From positions 1-34,152 of the forward strand of contig JAVEYV010000001.1 in the NCBI GenBank assembly GCA_034003305.1: a stretch of 34,152 bases of DNA, in the 5' to 3' direction. Under the pieces are notes generated by a model. The model had not been told where the DNA came from, did no database searches, and saw only the letters and a list, made by a program, of their open reading frames with translations. Source of the DNA: Spirochaetia bacterium (GTDB lineage: Bacteria > Spirochaetota > Spirochaetia > Treponematales > Rectinemataceae). This document shows positions 8,899 to 16,718 of the stretch, piece after piece. Position numbers and translations under genes: made by a program. The stretch's first letter is position 1. Each line of letters opens with the position of its first letter.

Positions 8899-9783
8899 TC
8901 ATTCGATAAGGTACTGGGCTCCGGAGAATGTAAGTCCATTTTTTTCCAGGTTTGCCGAAAGGCTTGGGGCAAGCAGGGCGCAGCGCAGAAAGCAGGCTCG
9001 CAGTCCCGCCCTGCGGCATCGATCCCGAAGGCTTTCTATGAGCTTGAGCTCCAGCCCCAGGCTCCGGAATTCCGGAACGACATAGAGAAAGCGAATCAAT
9101 CCCAGCCATCCGGCCTCGGTTTCGACAAAGGCCATGGCGGCGGCGGCGATCGGCCTGCCGTCGGCTTCGTTCACATAGTGCAGAAAGCTTTTTTCCCTAT
9201 GCTTGCAGAGAAAATCGAGAAGCTCGGTTTTTTCCAATACGACGGCGGGGGCGGGAATCCAGTCCAGGGCTTCTTCCAAGGCCCGGGCGATACAATCCTC
9301 CAGGGAAAAGGAAGCTTCGGCAAGAGGGCAGGTTTCGAGACTAAATTCCTCGTCGACCAGGTCCTGGAGATCTTCCGGTTCCACGCCGAGTCTGGCCAGG
9401 CCGAGGGCTTCCCTCATGTCGTCCAGCCATAGTTCAACATGTTGCCGGAGGGCGGCGTTTTTGTATTCTCTGAACAGGGCGTCTTCCTTCGGATACTCCG
9501 CGAGGATCTGCCTGAATGCCTTGAATACGCCCTTACCCCGGGCGAGGGCCTTATTAAGGGCGAGCTTGGGCTCTATGCGGCTGATTCGAGAACAAAAATC
9601 CTCCATAAGCCGAAAACCATCGGCTGGGCCCCAGAGAGGAGGCGGAGCGATCCATTCGGGGAGACTTCCTTCGGGCTTTGGCACCAGATCCCCGGTTCTC
9701 AGGTCGATGTAGTGGGACCTGCTTTGGTCTTCCATAGCGAAAATTATCCGCTCCAAGGCCGTATCGCTCAGCTCGAATACCAT
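8899..9783 (-). CDS. Two-domain protein: UPF0158-like N-terminal domain fused to a C-terminal GNAT acetyltransferase-like domain
   Basis: The N-terminal part (YIDLRTGDLV...GKGVFKAFRQILAEYP) resembles UPF0158. The C-terminal part (LIRFLYVVPEFRSLGLELKLIESLRDRCRRAG...LEKNGLTF) resembles the GNAT acetyl-CoA binding region. Start chosen at the ATG at 9783, which has an AAGGAAA RBS. Confidence 0.55.
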   Translation of the reverse strand: MVFELSDTALERIIFAMEDQSRSHYIDLRTGDLVPKPEGSLPEWIAPPPLWGPADGFRLMEDFCSRISRIEPKLALNKALARGKGVFKAFRQILAEYPKEDALFREYKNAALRQHVELWLDDMREALGLARLGVEPEDLQDLVDEEFSLETCPLAEASFSLEDCIARALEEALDWIPAPAVVLEKTELLDFLCKHREKSFLHYVNEADGRPIAAAAMAFVETEAGWLGLIRFLYVVPEFRSLGLELKLIESLRDRCRRAGLRACFLRCALLAPSLSANLEKNGLTFSGAQYLIE

Positions 9784-9939
9784 GATTTCCTTTGCCACGG
9801 CTCCATTGTACACCATGAAAAGACTGTACACAGCAATAAACGCCGCGATTTCCCGGGATCATCGGTTTCGGCGCTGGCGGGGTATGGCTGGGAATGTTGA
9901 TAGACAGGGTCTCCGGAGCCCTGTATACTGGCCGAAACC

Positions 9940-10878
9940 GTGAACGCAAACCTTCATCTTCATTCGAAATTTTCCGACGGCAGCCTCTGGCCCGAGGATA
10001 TAGTCAGGGGCGCTGCCCACATGGGCCTGGATCTTATAGCGCTTACAGACCATGACACCATGGGAGGAAGCGGCCGCTTCGCGGCTGAATGCGCCGCCCA
10101 GGGGCTTTCCTGGGTAAGCGCCTGCGAGATCGATGTGGCTGAACCGGCGATCGGGTATAAGAGCGAACTGCTGGCCTATTTTCCCGGGAAGACCCACCTG
10201 GAATGCAGGGCGACTCAGGCGATGCTCCAGCGGGTGCTGGATGAGCGGAGGAGGCGGCTCGAGTACTACCTTTATTGGGCGCGAACCTTTTTTAAGCGGG
10301 AAGACCTGAGCCTGGAAGATATGATAGCCAGGCGCAAGGCCGACGATACGGCCGGAGGGGAGGATGAGCTGCCCCTCCTGTCCTGGAGCAAGGTTGATCT
10401 TTTCCTTTATCTGAAAAGCATGAAGCTTGTTCCTGCCTATATGAACTATAAAATTTTTAAAAAAGAGTGGATGAGACCCGGGAGATTCCCCAAGTACAAG
10501 CTATCCAAACCCGACACCGCGGGCACTCTGGCGGCCGTGCATTCCGATCAGGGCTTCGCTGTGATTCCCCATATCGGACATCTGTGGAATGACGACCCTG
10601 ATGAGATGGAGCGGCAGCGGCAGCAGGTTGGGGCTTTGCTGGAGTTTTTTAAAAGCCGGGGCGTGGACGGCGTGGAGCTGTACTGGTATTCCGGCAATAG
10701 AAAAACCACGGCTATCAATGAGCTCGTCCGCAGCCTTGCCGCGCCTATGGGCTATTTTTTTACCTTCGGTTCGGACTGCCATGGACCAGACACGGACAAG
10801 TATACTATCGATAAATTCTCCGGGGATTTTCCCGGTTTTCCCCTTGCGGGGCGAAGCCCGCGGGCTGAATCAGCATAA
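9940..10878 (+). CDS. PHP-domain metal-dependent phosphoesterase (TrpH/YciV-like)
   Basis: NLHLHSKFSDGS...IALTDHDT at the N-terminus and FGSDCHGP near the C-terminus are the PHP His/Asp metal ligands. GTG start. Confidence 0.8.
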   Translation: MNANLHLHSKFSDGSLWPEDIVRGAAHMGLDLIALTDHDTMGGSGRFAAECAAQGLSWVSACEIDVAEPAIGYKSELLAYFPGKTHLECRATQAMLQRVLDERRRRLEYYLYWARTFFKREDLSLEDMIARRKADDTAGGEDELPLLSWSKVDLFLYLKSMKLVPAYMNYKIFKKEWMRPGRFPKYKLSKPDTAGTLAAVHSDQGFAVIPHIGHLWNDDPDEMERQRQQVGALLEFFKSRGVDGVELYWYSGNRKTTAINELVRSLAAPMGYFFTFGSDCHGPDTDKYTIDKFSGDFPGFPLAGRSPRAESA

Positions 10879-10888
10879 GGAGTTGAAT

Positions 10889-11788
10889 ATGGCGCACTGT
10901 GTAGTACCCGAGGCCGAAGCGATTCTCGACAAGGAATTCAAGGTATTGGACAAGGGCTTTGTCCGTCTTGTGGACTATCTGGGCGGCGACGCCCGCATCG
11001 TGCAGGCAGCCCGGGTATCCTACGGCGAGGGAACAAAAAGCTACCGGGAGGATGCAGGGCTCATAGACTACCTGATGCGTCACGAGCACACCTCGCCCTT
11101 CGAGCAGGTTGCCCTGAGCTTCCATATAAAACTTCCGATTTTTGTAGCCCGTCAATGGATCCGTCATAGAACCGCCAGGGTTAACGAGATTTCCGGGCGC
11201 TATTCGATTATGAAGGACGAGTTCTACCTGCCCGCCGATGCCGATGTGGCGGCCCAGAGCGAAGACAACAAGCAGGGCCGCGCCGAGGAGCCGATGGCTC
11301 CGGCAGAGGCGGCGAAAATCAGAACGCTTCTGGAAAAAGGCCAGAAGGCCGCGTACCAGGATTATTCATCCCTGGTGGAAGAGGGACTTGCCAGGGAGCT
11401 TGCTCGAATCAATCTGCCGCTTTCGCTCTACACCGAATGGTACTGGCAGATCGATCTGCACAATCTTTTCAGGTTTCTCTCCCTCAGACTTGATCCCCAT
11501 GCCCAGAAGGAGATTCGTCTCTACGCCCAGACCATGCTTGAAATAACCAAGGCGGTGGCTCCGGCGGCGACAGAAAGCTTTGAGCGGAATACCCTGTACG
11601 GCGTACGGTTCAACGGGGCGGAGATGGCTGAGCTCAAGCGGCGCCTGGGCTCAGCGGCGGGGAATAATGGCGGCAAGGGCGAGGGTTTGGCGGATGCACA
11701 ACTGCTCGCCCATGGTCAGGAACCGCTGCTCAAGGGCAAGGCCCTGGATCGTTTTGAGGAAAAGCTTCGGAGCGGAAAGCAGATATAA
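10889..11788 (+). CDS. thyX: Flavin-dependent thymidylate synthase
   Basis: ThyX motif RHRTARVNEISGRYS (RHR-X7-S) and N-terminal GFVRLVDYLGGDARIVQAARVSYG. Start at the ATG at 10889, preceded by AAGGAG. The longer ORF-track version (from 10589) overlaps the PHP gene. The C-terminal tail of about 70 aa is longer than in the ThyX proteins I remember. Confidence 0.9.
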   Translation: MAHCVVPEAEAILDKEFKVLDKGFVRLVDYLGGDARIVQAARVSYGEGTKSYREDAGLIDYLMRHEHTSPFEQVALSFHIKLPIFVARQWIRHRTARVNEISGRYSIMKDEFYLPADADVAAQSEDNKQGRAEEPMAPAEAAKIRTLLEKGQKAAYQDYSSLVEEGLARELARINLPLSLYTEWYWQIDLHNLFRFLSLRLDPHAQKEIRLYAQTMLEITKAVAPAATESFERNTLYGVRFNGAEMAELKRRLGSAAGNNGGKGEGLADAQLLAHGQEPLLKGKALDRFEEKLRSGKQI

Positions 11789-11795
11789 CAGAGGG

Positions 11796-12863
11796 CTAGA
11801 GCCGCAGGTTTTTGTCTTCTCCCATGCCGTAGAGTTTGGATACGTTGATCTTTTCGCCGGAGGAGCTTCGCAGGCTTCCCTCGAAGCGGCCGAAGGGACC
11901 GGCATAGTCGATATCGGCCAGGCCCAGGCTCATGCTTATGTCGTGGGGCACTTCAGGATGGAAGATAAGGTCGACCATGCCTTCGGTATCCTGGATAATC
12001 CAAGGCTCGGCGCGGCCGTAGGGACGGGTTATGCGAATGGGCGGGAGAGTATGGATGGCGCTTCCGATCCAAAGCCGGTTTTCGTTGTAGCGCTGCTGAT
12101 CCTTTACCTGGTTATCGGTGAGATTAAAGCCGACACGACGCCCCGAATCCTCCACCCCAAAACCTGTGACCCAGTCGTAATGAAGACGGTAGGGATAGTA
12201 GCCTTTGTGATCGTCTAAAATTCCCAGTGCTGTTTCTTTTTCAAACCTTCGCGTTTCTCCTTCCATCACGAGTCTTCCGCTGCAGGGCATGAGAATTTTT
12301 GTGGAGTACATCGCCCTATGGAGTCCCAGGGGAAGGCAGACGGAAAAAGCCGAGCTTTCTTCTTTGCTCAGATCGAAGCTGAGATCCGCTTCGAAGGATG
12401 AGTCCGATGTTTTTCGAGGCCGGCTGGAAGCCAATAGCCGCATCCTGCCGGCTTGGAGGTCTATGGAGATCGAAAGCTCCGAGGATCCAGACCTAAAGGC
12501 AGTCTCGGTTTTTTCCAGCGATGCGGGCAGGGAAAAGCGCCGTCCGGGAAAGTTGTGACGAAAACCTGCCTTCTTTTTGCCCCTCTTGTCCCAGATATCT
12601 ATCGAAGCCATTCCCAGGTACTTGGCATCGTAGAGGACGGCAAAGATAAAGGTATCGGCGTCCTGCGCCTGAATAGCCTGCCATTCCTTTATTCGCGTGC
12701 TGCTGAGAAAACGCGGCAGAGGATAGTGGTATGGCCTGCGAACATCGATGAGGTTGGCCTTGCCGGGTATGCCCTCCCAGGATCCCAGGACGAGGGCGCC
12801 GTCCTGGACAAGGGCTGGAGGCGCCGAACCCCGCAAAGCATCTAGCAGCTGCGGATCAGACAA
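11796..12863 (-). CDS. DUF2804-like protein of unknown function
   Basis: This is the 379-aa maximal ORF (to 12935). The pattern KEWQAIQAQDADTFIFAVLYDAKYLGMASIDIWD and the overall length resemble DUF2804, from memory. The first 80 nt of the maximal ORF overlap the upstream gene, so I place the start at the in-frame TTG at 12863. The start remains unresolved. Confidence 0.55.
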   Translation of the reverse strand: MSDPQLLDALRGSAPPALVQDGALVLGSWEGIPGKANLIDVRRPYHYPLPRFLSSTRIKEWQAIQAQDADTFIFAVLYDAKYLGMASIDIWDKRGKKKAGFRHNFPGRRFSLPASLEKTETAFRSGSSELSISIDLQAGRMRLLASSRPRKTSDSSFEADLSFDLSKEESSAFSVCLPLGLHRAMYSTKILMPCSGRLVMEGETRRFEKETALGILDDHKGYYPYRLHYDWVTGFGVEDSGRRVGFNLTDNQVKDQQRYNENRLWIGSAIHTLPPIRITRPYGRAEPWIIQDTEGMVDLIFHPEVPHDISMSLGLADIDYAGPFGRFEGSLRSSSGEKINVSKLYGMGEDKNLRL

Positions 12864-13740
12864 GACCGCGCCTGTAGAATTCGTAGAGGATCTGGGTTCC
12901 CCGCTCGCCCCAGCCCTGGGCAAGTACCTTCTCAAAGAGGCTTTCGGCCAGAGCTACCAGGGGCAGCGTGAGTCCTAAATTTTTTGAGGAATCCAGGGCG
13001 ATGCGAAGATCTTTGAGGAAGTGTTTGGCATAGAATCCAGGGTTGAAGTCTTCGTCCAGCATGCGGGGAGCATTGCCGGATAGCTGCCAGCTGGCTGCCG
13101 AACCACCGCCTATGGAGAGCAAAACCCTTTTGGGGTCCAATCCGGAGGCCGATGCGTAGCTGAGGGCTTCTACCACACCGATGAGGTTGGCGGCTACGCA
13201 GATCTGGTTGGCCGCCTTCGTGTGCTGCCCGGCTCCCGCGCCTCCCTGGCGAACGATCGTCTTACCTATAATCGCAAAAAGTGCCTCGGCTTCGGCAAAG
13301 GCGTCTTCATCTCCTCCTGCCATGATGGTGAGGGTGGCGTTTCTGGCCCCGGTATCGCCGCCGGAGACGGGGGCGTCCAGGACTTTTAAGCCTTTGGCCG
13401 ACGCGGCGGCATGGATTCGTACCGCCAGATCGGGGCTGGAGGTTGTCATATCGATGAGAAGAGCGCCCTTGCGGGCATGCGCCAGGAGCCCGTTTTCGCC
13501 CATATACACTTCTTCCACATCCGAGGGAAGGCCAACCATGGTGACTATGACATCGCAGCGGGGGGCCAGGGCTGCGGGGCTCTCGGCCCATTCGGCTCCG
13601 CGGTCCAGCAGGGCTTTGGCCTTGGCGGGGGAGCGGGTGTGGACGATGAGTCGGTGCCCTGCCGAGAGAAGATGCCCGGCCATGGAGTTGCCCATGACGC
13701 CCAGGCCTATGAATCCTATGGTTTTCTTTTCAAATGCCAT
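12856..13740 (-). CDS. NAD(P)-dependent oxidoreductase of the 3-hydroxyisobutyrate / 2-hydroxy-3-oxopropionate reductase family
   Basis: IGFIGLGVMGNSMAGHL Rossmann motif, DAPVSGG, and GAGQHTKAANQ (catalytic Lys region). GAGGAG RBS. Confidence 0.85.
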   Translation of the reverse strand: MAFEKKTIGFIGLGVMGNSMAGHLLSAGHRLIVHTRSPAKAKALLDRGAEWAESPAALAPRCDVIVTMVGLPSDVEEVYMGENGLLAHARKGALLIDMTTSSPDLAVRIHAAASAKGLKVLDAPVSGGDTGARNATLTIMAGGDEDAFAEAEALFAIIGKTIVRQGGAGAGQHTKAANQICVAANLIGVVEALSYASASGLDPKRVLLSIGGGSAASWQLSGNAPRMLDEDFNPGFYAKHFLKDLRIALDSSKNLGLTLPLVALAESLFEKVLAQGWGERGTQILYEFYRRGLV

Positions 13741-13770
13741 TCCAGCTCCTCTACGATATCTTGCATTGTC

Positions 13771-13799
13771 ACTCTAGCCTTTTGACCGATAATGCGCAA
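13771..13799 (-). promoter_or_regulatory. Candidate sigma-70 promoter for the oxidoreductase gene
   Basis: The minus strand reads TTGCGC-N17-TAGAGT, with the -10 hexamer about 30 nt upstream of the ATG at 13740. Confidence 0.3.
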
Positions 13800-13924
13800 C
13801 CCAAGATTTTTCCTTGCATTTTGGCCTTGCATCGCGTTACGCGGCCCGAAGTGGGCGCGAGCAATTGTGCGCGGGAAAGGGCTGCAAATCAGGGGTATAG
13901 CCCCGGGACGAAGCCCGAAGAGGG

Positions 13925-13933
13925 TGCTATACT
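13925..13933 (+). promoter_or_regulatory. Candidate extended -10 promoter for the cyclophilin gene
   Basis: TGcTATACT (TGn plus TATACT) lies 20 nt upstream of the ATG at 13954, with a GGGAGGAG RBS in between. Confidence 0.35.
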
Positions 13934-13953
13934 TGCCCGGCAAGGGAGGAGAG

Positions 13954-14454
13954 ATGGCAAATTCCAAGGTTACGCTGATTACAAGCCTGGGCGAGATAGA
14001 GCTGGAAGTCTTCGAAGACAGGACGCCGGTAACGGCGGCTAATTTTTTGGACTATGTCCGTTCGGGATTCTACGACGGCACGATTTTTCACAGGGTGATT
14101 CCGGGCTTTGTCGCCCAGGGCGGCGGATTTGTCCCCGGCATGGACCAGAAAAAGACTCGGGATCCCATCGCCAACGAGGCGTCCAGGGGGCCTTCCAATG
14201 CCCGGGGAACCCTCTCCATGGCAAGAACGCCCCATCCCGACAGCGCGACCAGTCAGTTTTTCATCAATTTTTCGGATAATAAAAGTCTGGATTATCGGGG
14301 GCCAGGGCCAGGCGCGGGGTATTGCGTTTTCGCCACGGTAACAAGAGGTATGGATGTGGTAGACGCTATGGCTGCGGTACCGACCGGACGCAGGCCGCCC
14401 CATGCAGACGTGCCTAAAGAGGATATTGTCTTAATCGCTGCAAAAATTCTCTAA
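13954..14454 (+). CDS. ppiB: Peptidyl-prolyl cis-trans isomerase, cyclophilin type, cytoplasmic
   Basis: [47 protein letters not shown]...GTLSMAR...SATSQFFIN. Start at the ATG at 13954 with a strong RBS. The ORF-track N-terminal extension looks spurious. Confidence 0.92.
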   Translation: MANSKVTLITSLGEIELEVFEDRTPVTAANFLDYVRSGFYDGTIFHRVIPGFVAQGGGFVPGMDQKKTRDPIANEASRGPSNARGTLSMARTPHPDSATSQFFINFSDNKSLDYRGPGPGAGYCVFATVTRGMDVVDAMAAVPTGRRPPHADVPKEDIVLIAAKIL

Positions 14455-14460
14455 ATTGAG

Positions 14461-14494
14461 GCGTATGTAAAAGTCAGACGAGTTTTGCATACGC
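14461..14494 (+). terminator. Hairpin directly after the cyclophilin stop (possible terminator, weak U-tract)
   Basis: GCGTATGTAAAA-gtcagacgag-TTTTGCATACGC is a 12-bp stem with one G-U pair. Confidence 0.35.
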
Positions 14495-14512
14495 TACCTT
14501 TAAGATGGGTAC

Positions 14513-14597
14513 GTTTCGTCAATTTTCATGCCTTTAGCATTAAAATTGACGAAACTACAAAGCCAATTTTAAAAGTTAAAAGACTTTTGAAATTGGC
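14513..14597. repeat. Two adjacent AT-rich inverted repeats (hairpins)
   Basis: 14513-14555: GTTTCGTCAATTTT-N15-AAAATTGACGAAAC, a perfect 14-bp stem. 14562-14597: GCCAATTTTAAAAGT-taaaag-ACTTTTGAAATTGGC, 15 bp with one mismatch. Both arms share the core CAATTTT/AAAATTG. Confidence 0.7.
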
Positions 14598-14627
14598 TCA
14601 ATTCTCTAAGAATCAAACATGTTTCTA

Positions 14628-14657
14628 TTGACCAGTACGCGCGAGTAGGGTTATAGT
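14628..14657 (+). promoter_or_regulatory. Candidate sigma-70 promoter of the ABC transporter operon
   Basis: TTGACC-N18-TATAGT, with the -10 hexamer about 70 nt upstream of the ATG at 14729. Confidence 0.5.
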
Positions 14658-14662
14658 GCGCG

Positions 14663-14682
14663 TGTTACTGTTGGTAGTAACA
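14663..14682. promoter_or_regulatory. Palindromic operator-like site at the predicted transcription start
   Basis: TGTTACT-gttggt-AGTAACA, with 7-bp perfect arms, begins 6 nt after the predicted -10 hexamer. Confidence 0.35.
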
Positions 14683-14728
14683 AAATCAAGCTGCCTTTCA
14701 GCAATCAAGGCGGAAACAGAGGTTCCCA

Positions 14729-15709
14729 ATGTCGAGAAGCAAAGTCTTCATGATCGCGGCTGTCGGCGCGGCCTTTTTAGCCCTCTCCTGCGGAAACGCG
14801 AAAAAAACCGTGGGCATAGCGAAATTCGTCGCCCATCCTGCCCTCGATGCGGTGGAGCAGGGAATTGTCGATGAACTATCCGAAGCAAAACCAGAAATTG
14901 AACTGGACAGACAGAATTCCAACGCGGACATGGCGACCGCCGGCCAGATAGCTCAGCGATTCAAGCAGAGCAAGGTCGCGGTGGCGGTGGGAATCGCGAC
15001 GCCCACAGCCCAGGCCCTTGTCAATCAGATCAAGGACAGGCCTGTGGTGTACTCCGTGGTTACCGATCCAGTGTCGGCCGGTCTCGTGGAGAGTATGGAT
15101 AAGGGCGGCGCGAACGTAACGGGGACTTCGGACATGACGCCGGTACGGGTTCAGCTCGATATGCTGCTGTCCATGGCTCCGGTACAGCGCCTCGGGCATG
15201 TCTATTCTTCCGGAGAGGCCAACTCCCTGGCCTTGGCTGCTATCGTCAAGGAATACTGCGCCGAAAAAGGAATCGAATACGTGGAGGCGACGATCACAAA
15301 CTCCTCGGAGGTCAAATCCGCGATGCTCTCCATCGCCGACCGGATCGACGGTCTGTATTTGGGCAACGACAACACGGTATTCTCGGCGCTGAGCGCGGTT
15401 TCAGAAGTCTGTCTGGACAAGAAGATCCCGCTTATGTCCGCCGATCCGGCTTCGGCCGAGACGATCCCCGTCCTTGTAGCCCTGGGCTATGATTACTACC
15501 AGATGGGAAGGGTTACGGGAAAAATCGTTGTACGATTATTGAACGGAGAGAAGACCAAGGATATACCGAGCTTCCTGCCTACCGACCCCGAATCCCTGGA
15601 GCTTGTACTCAATCTTGACGTCGCCGAGAAGCTTGGGCTCAGCCTGGATCCCGCTCTTGTGGAGCGGGCCACCATTTTGATATCCGGCGGGATTGTGACA
15701 AAAAAGTAA
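14729..15709 (+). CDS. ABC transporter substrate-binding lipoprotein (ABC_sub_bind / TrpX-like family)
   Basis: Signal peptide with lipobox (AAFLALSCG). Mature part: KTVGIAKFVAHPALDAVEQGIVDEL...VAVGIATPTAQAL...VYSVVTDPVSAGLV. It is followed by the matching permease and ATPase. Confidence 0.8.
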   Translation: MSRSKVFMIAAVGAAFLALSCGNAKKTVGIAKFVAHPALDAVEQGIVDELSEAKPEIELDRQNSNADMATAGQIAQRFKQSKVAVAVGIATPTAQALVNQIKDRPVVYSVVTDPVSAGLVESMDKGGANVTGTSDMTPVRVQLDMLLSMAPVQRLGHVYSSGEANSLALAAIVKEYCAEKGIEYVEATITNSSEVKSAMLSIADRIDGLYLGNDNTVFSALSAVSEVCLDKKIPLMSADPASAETIPVLVALGYDYYQMGRVTGKIVVRLLNGEKTKDIPSFLPTDPESLELVLNLDVAEKLGLSLDPALVERATILISGGIVTKK

Positions 15710-15710
15710 T

Positions 15711-16718
15711 ATGATTGAAGGAATTCTTGTCGAGGGCCTGGTCTACGGGATCATGGCCCTCGGGCTTTTTATCAGCTTCAGGGTTCTCGATTGTCCCGAT
15801 TTGACCGTTGAGGGCTCATTTCCAGCCGGGGCGGCGGCCGCCGGCGCGATCGTGACTAGTCGGGGCAGGGCCTTGGTTTCGGGGGCCGGGGCAGCGGGGG
15901 GCGCCGGAGCGGCAGCGGGTATTGGAGCGGCCGCGGCCGCTCAAGTCGGCCTTGCGGCCGCCGCCCCGGTGCTTGCCCTCGCAGGCGGCTTCGCCGCAGG
16001 CGCCCTGGCCGGACTTATCACGTCCCTCATCCACCACAGGCTCAAGGTTCCTCCCATCCTGGCGGGCATCATTACCATGACAGGCTTTTACTCCATAAAC
16101 CTGCGCATCTTAGGGGGCAGACCGAATTTGCCTCTGATCAGGAACAATCCCCTTTTAGCCTTCGCCAGAACCTGGTTGGGGCCGGGGGTATCCCAGGATC
16201 TTTCTCTATTTATCGCCGCCCTGCTGGCGGCACTCGTGGTCGCGGGATTGATGGATCTTTTCTTTCATACTGAAATCGGTATAGCCATGGGGGCAATGGG
16301 TGACAACGAAGCTTCGGTTATACAGGCCGGCATCAACCCAGTATCCCTCCGCAGTTTTGGTATAGCCCTGGCTAATGGCCTTGTGGGCCTGTCCGGAGCC
16401 CTGGCAGCCTCGTACCAGGGTTTCGCTGACGTCAACTTCGGAGCCGGCATAGTAGCTTCCGGTCTTGCTTCGGTAATGCTGGGCGAGCTCTTGATCAAAT
16501 CGCAGTTTATCGGAGTCCAAATATTCCGGGTTCTCGCCGGATCCATTCTCTTCAAGGGACTCATGTACGCCGCCCGGTCCTGGGGCTACCTGGCCGGAAT
16601 TACCCCCAACGATCTGCGGCTCCTTACCGCGCTGCTGATAATCGGGTCGATAACGGTATCCAAGTATGCGGGCAAAAAACCCAAAGCCTTGGCCAGAACC
16701 GGGGGGAATCGGCGATGA
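15711..16718 (+). CDS. ABC transporter permease (partner of the ABC_sub_bind family), with an unusual Ala/Gly-rich insertion
   Basis: GLVYGIMALGLFISFRVLDCPDLTVEGSFPAGAA...ILAGIITMTGFYSINLRILG is typical of this permease family. Roughly residues 50-85 are poly-Ala/Gly. The stop overlaps the next start (ATGA). Confidence 0.8.
   Translation: MIEGILVEGLVYGIMALGLFISFRVLDCPDLTVEGSFPAGAAAAGAIVTSRGRALVSGAGAAGGAGAAAGIGAAAAAQVGLAAAAPVLALAGGFAAGALAGLITSLIHHRLKVPPILAGIITMTGFYSINLRILGGRPNLPLIRNNPLLAFARTWLGPGVSQDLSLFIAALLAALVVAGLMDLFFHTEIGIAMGAMGDNEASVIQAGINPVSLRSFGIALANGLVGLSGALAASYQGFADVNFGAGIVASGLASVMLGELLIKSQFIGVQIFRVLAGSILFKGLMYAARSWGYLAGITPNDLRLLTALLIIGSITVSKYAGKKPKALARTGGNRR

Noticed and set aside
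11161-11205. Apparent deviation in the ThyX motif: RHRTAR instead of RHRxxS.
   Set aside because: The defining ThyX motif is RHR-X7-S. RHR-TARVNEI-S fits it exactly, so there is no anomaly.
12856-12935. An 80-nt overlap between the DUF2804-like ORF and the upstream oxidoreductase gene, considered as a possible programmed overlap or frameshift.
   Set aside because: This is most simply a start-codon overcall. An in-frame TTG at 12863 reduces the overlap to 8 nt, and the overlapping residues (MRRYLPRAGASGEPRSSTNSTGAV) are not family-like.
14455-14728. A T-box or riboswitch leader for the TrpXYZ-like ABC operon.
   Set aside because: I could not find the T-box sequence, a specifier-loop architecture, or any riboswitch core I recognise. 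The best promoter lies downstream of the hairpins and leaves only a leader of about 65 nt.
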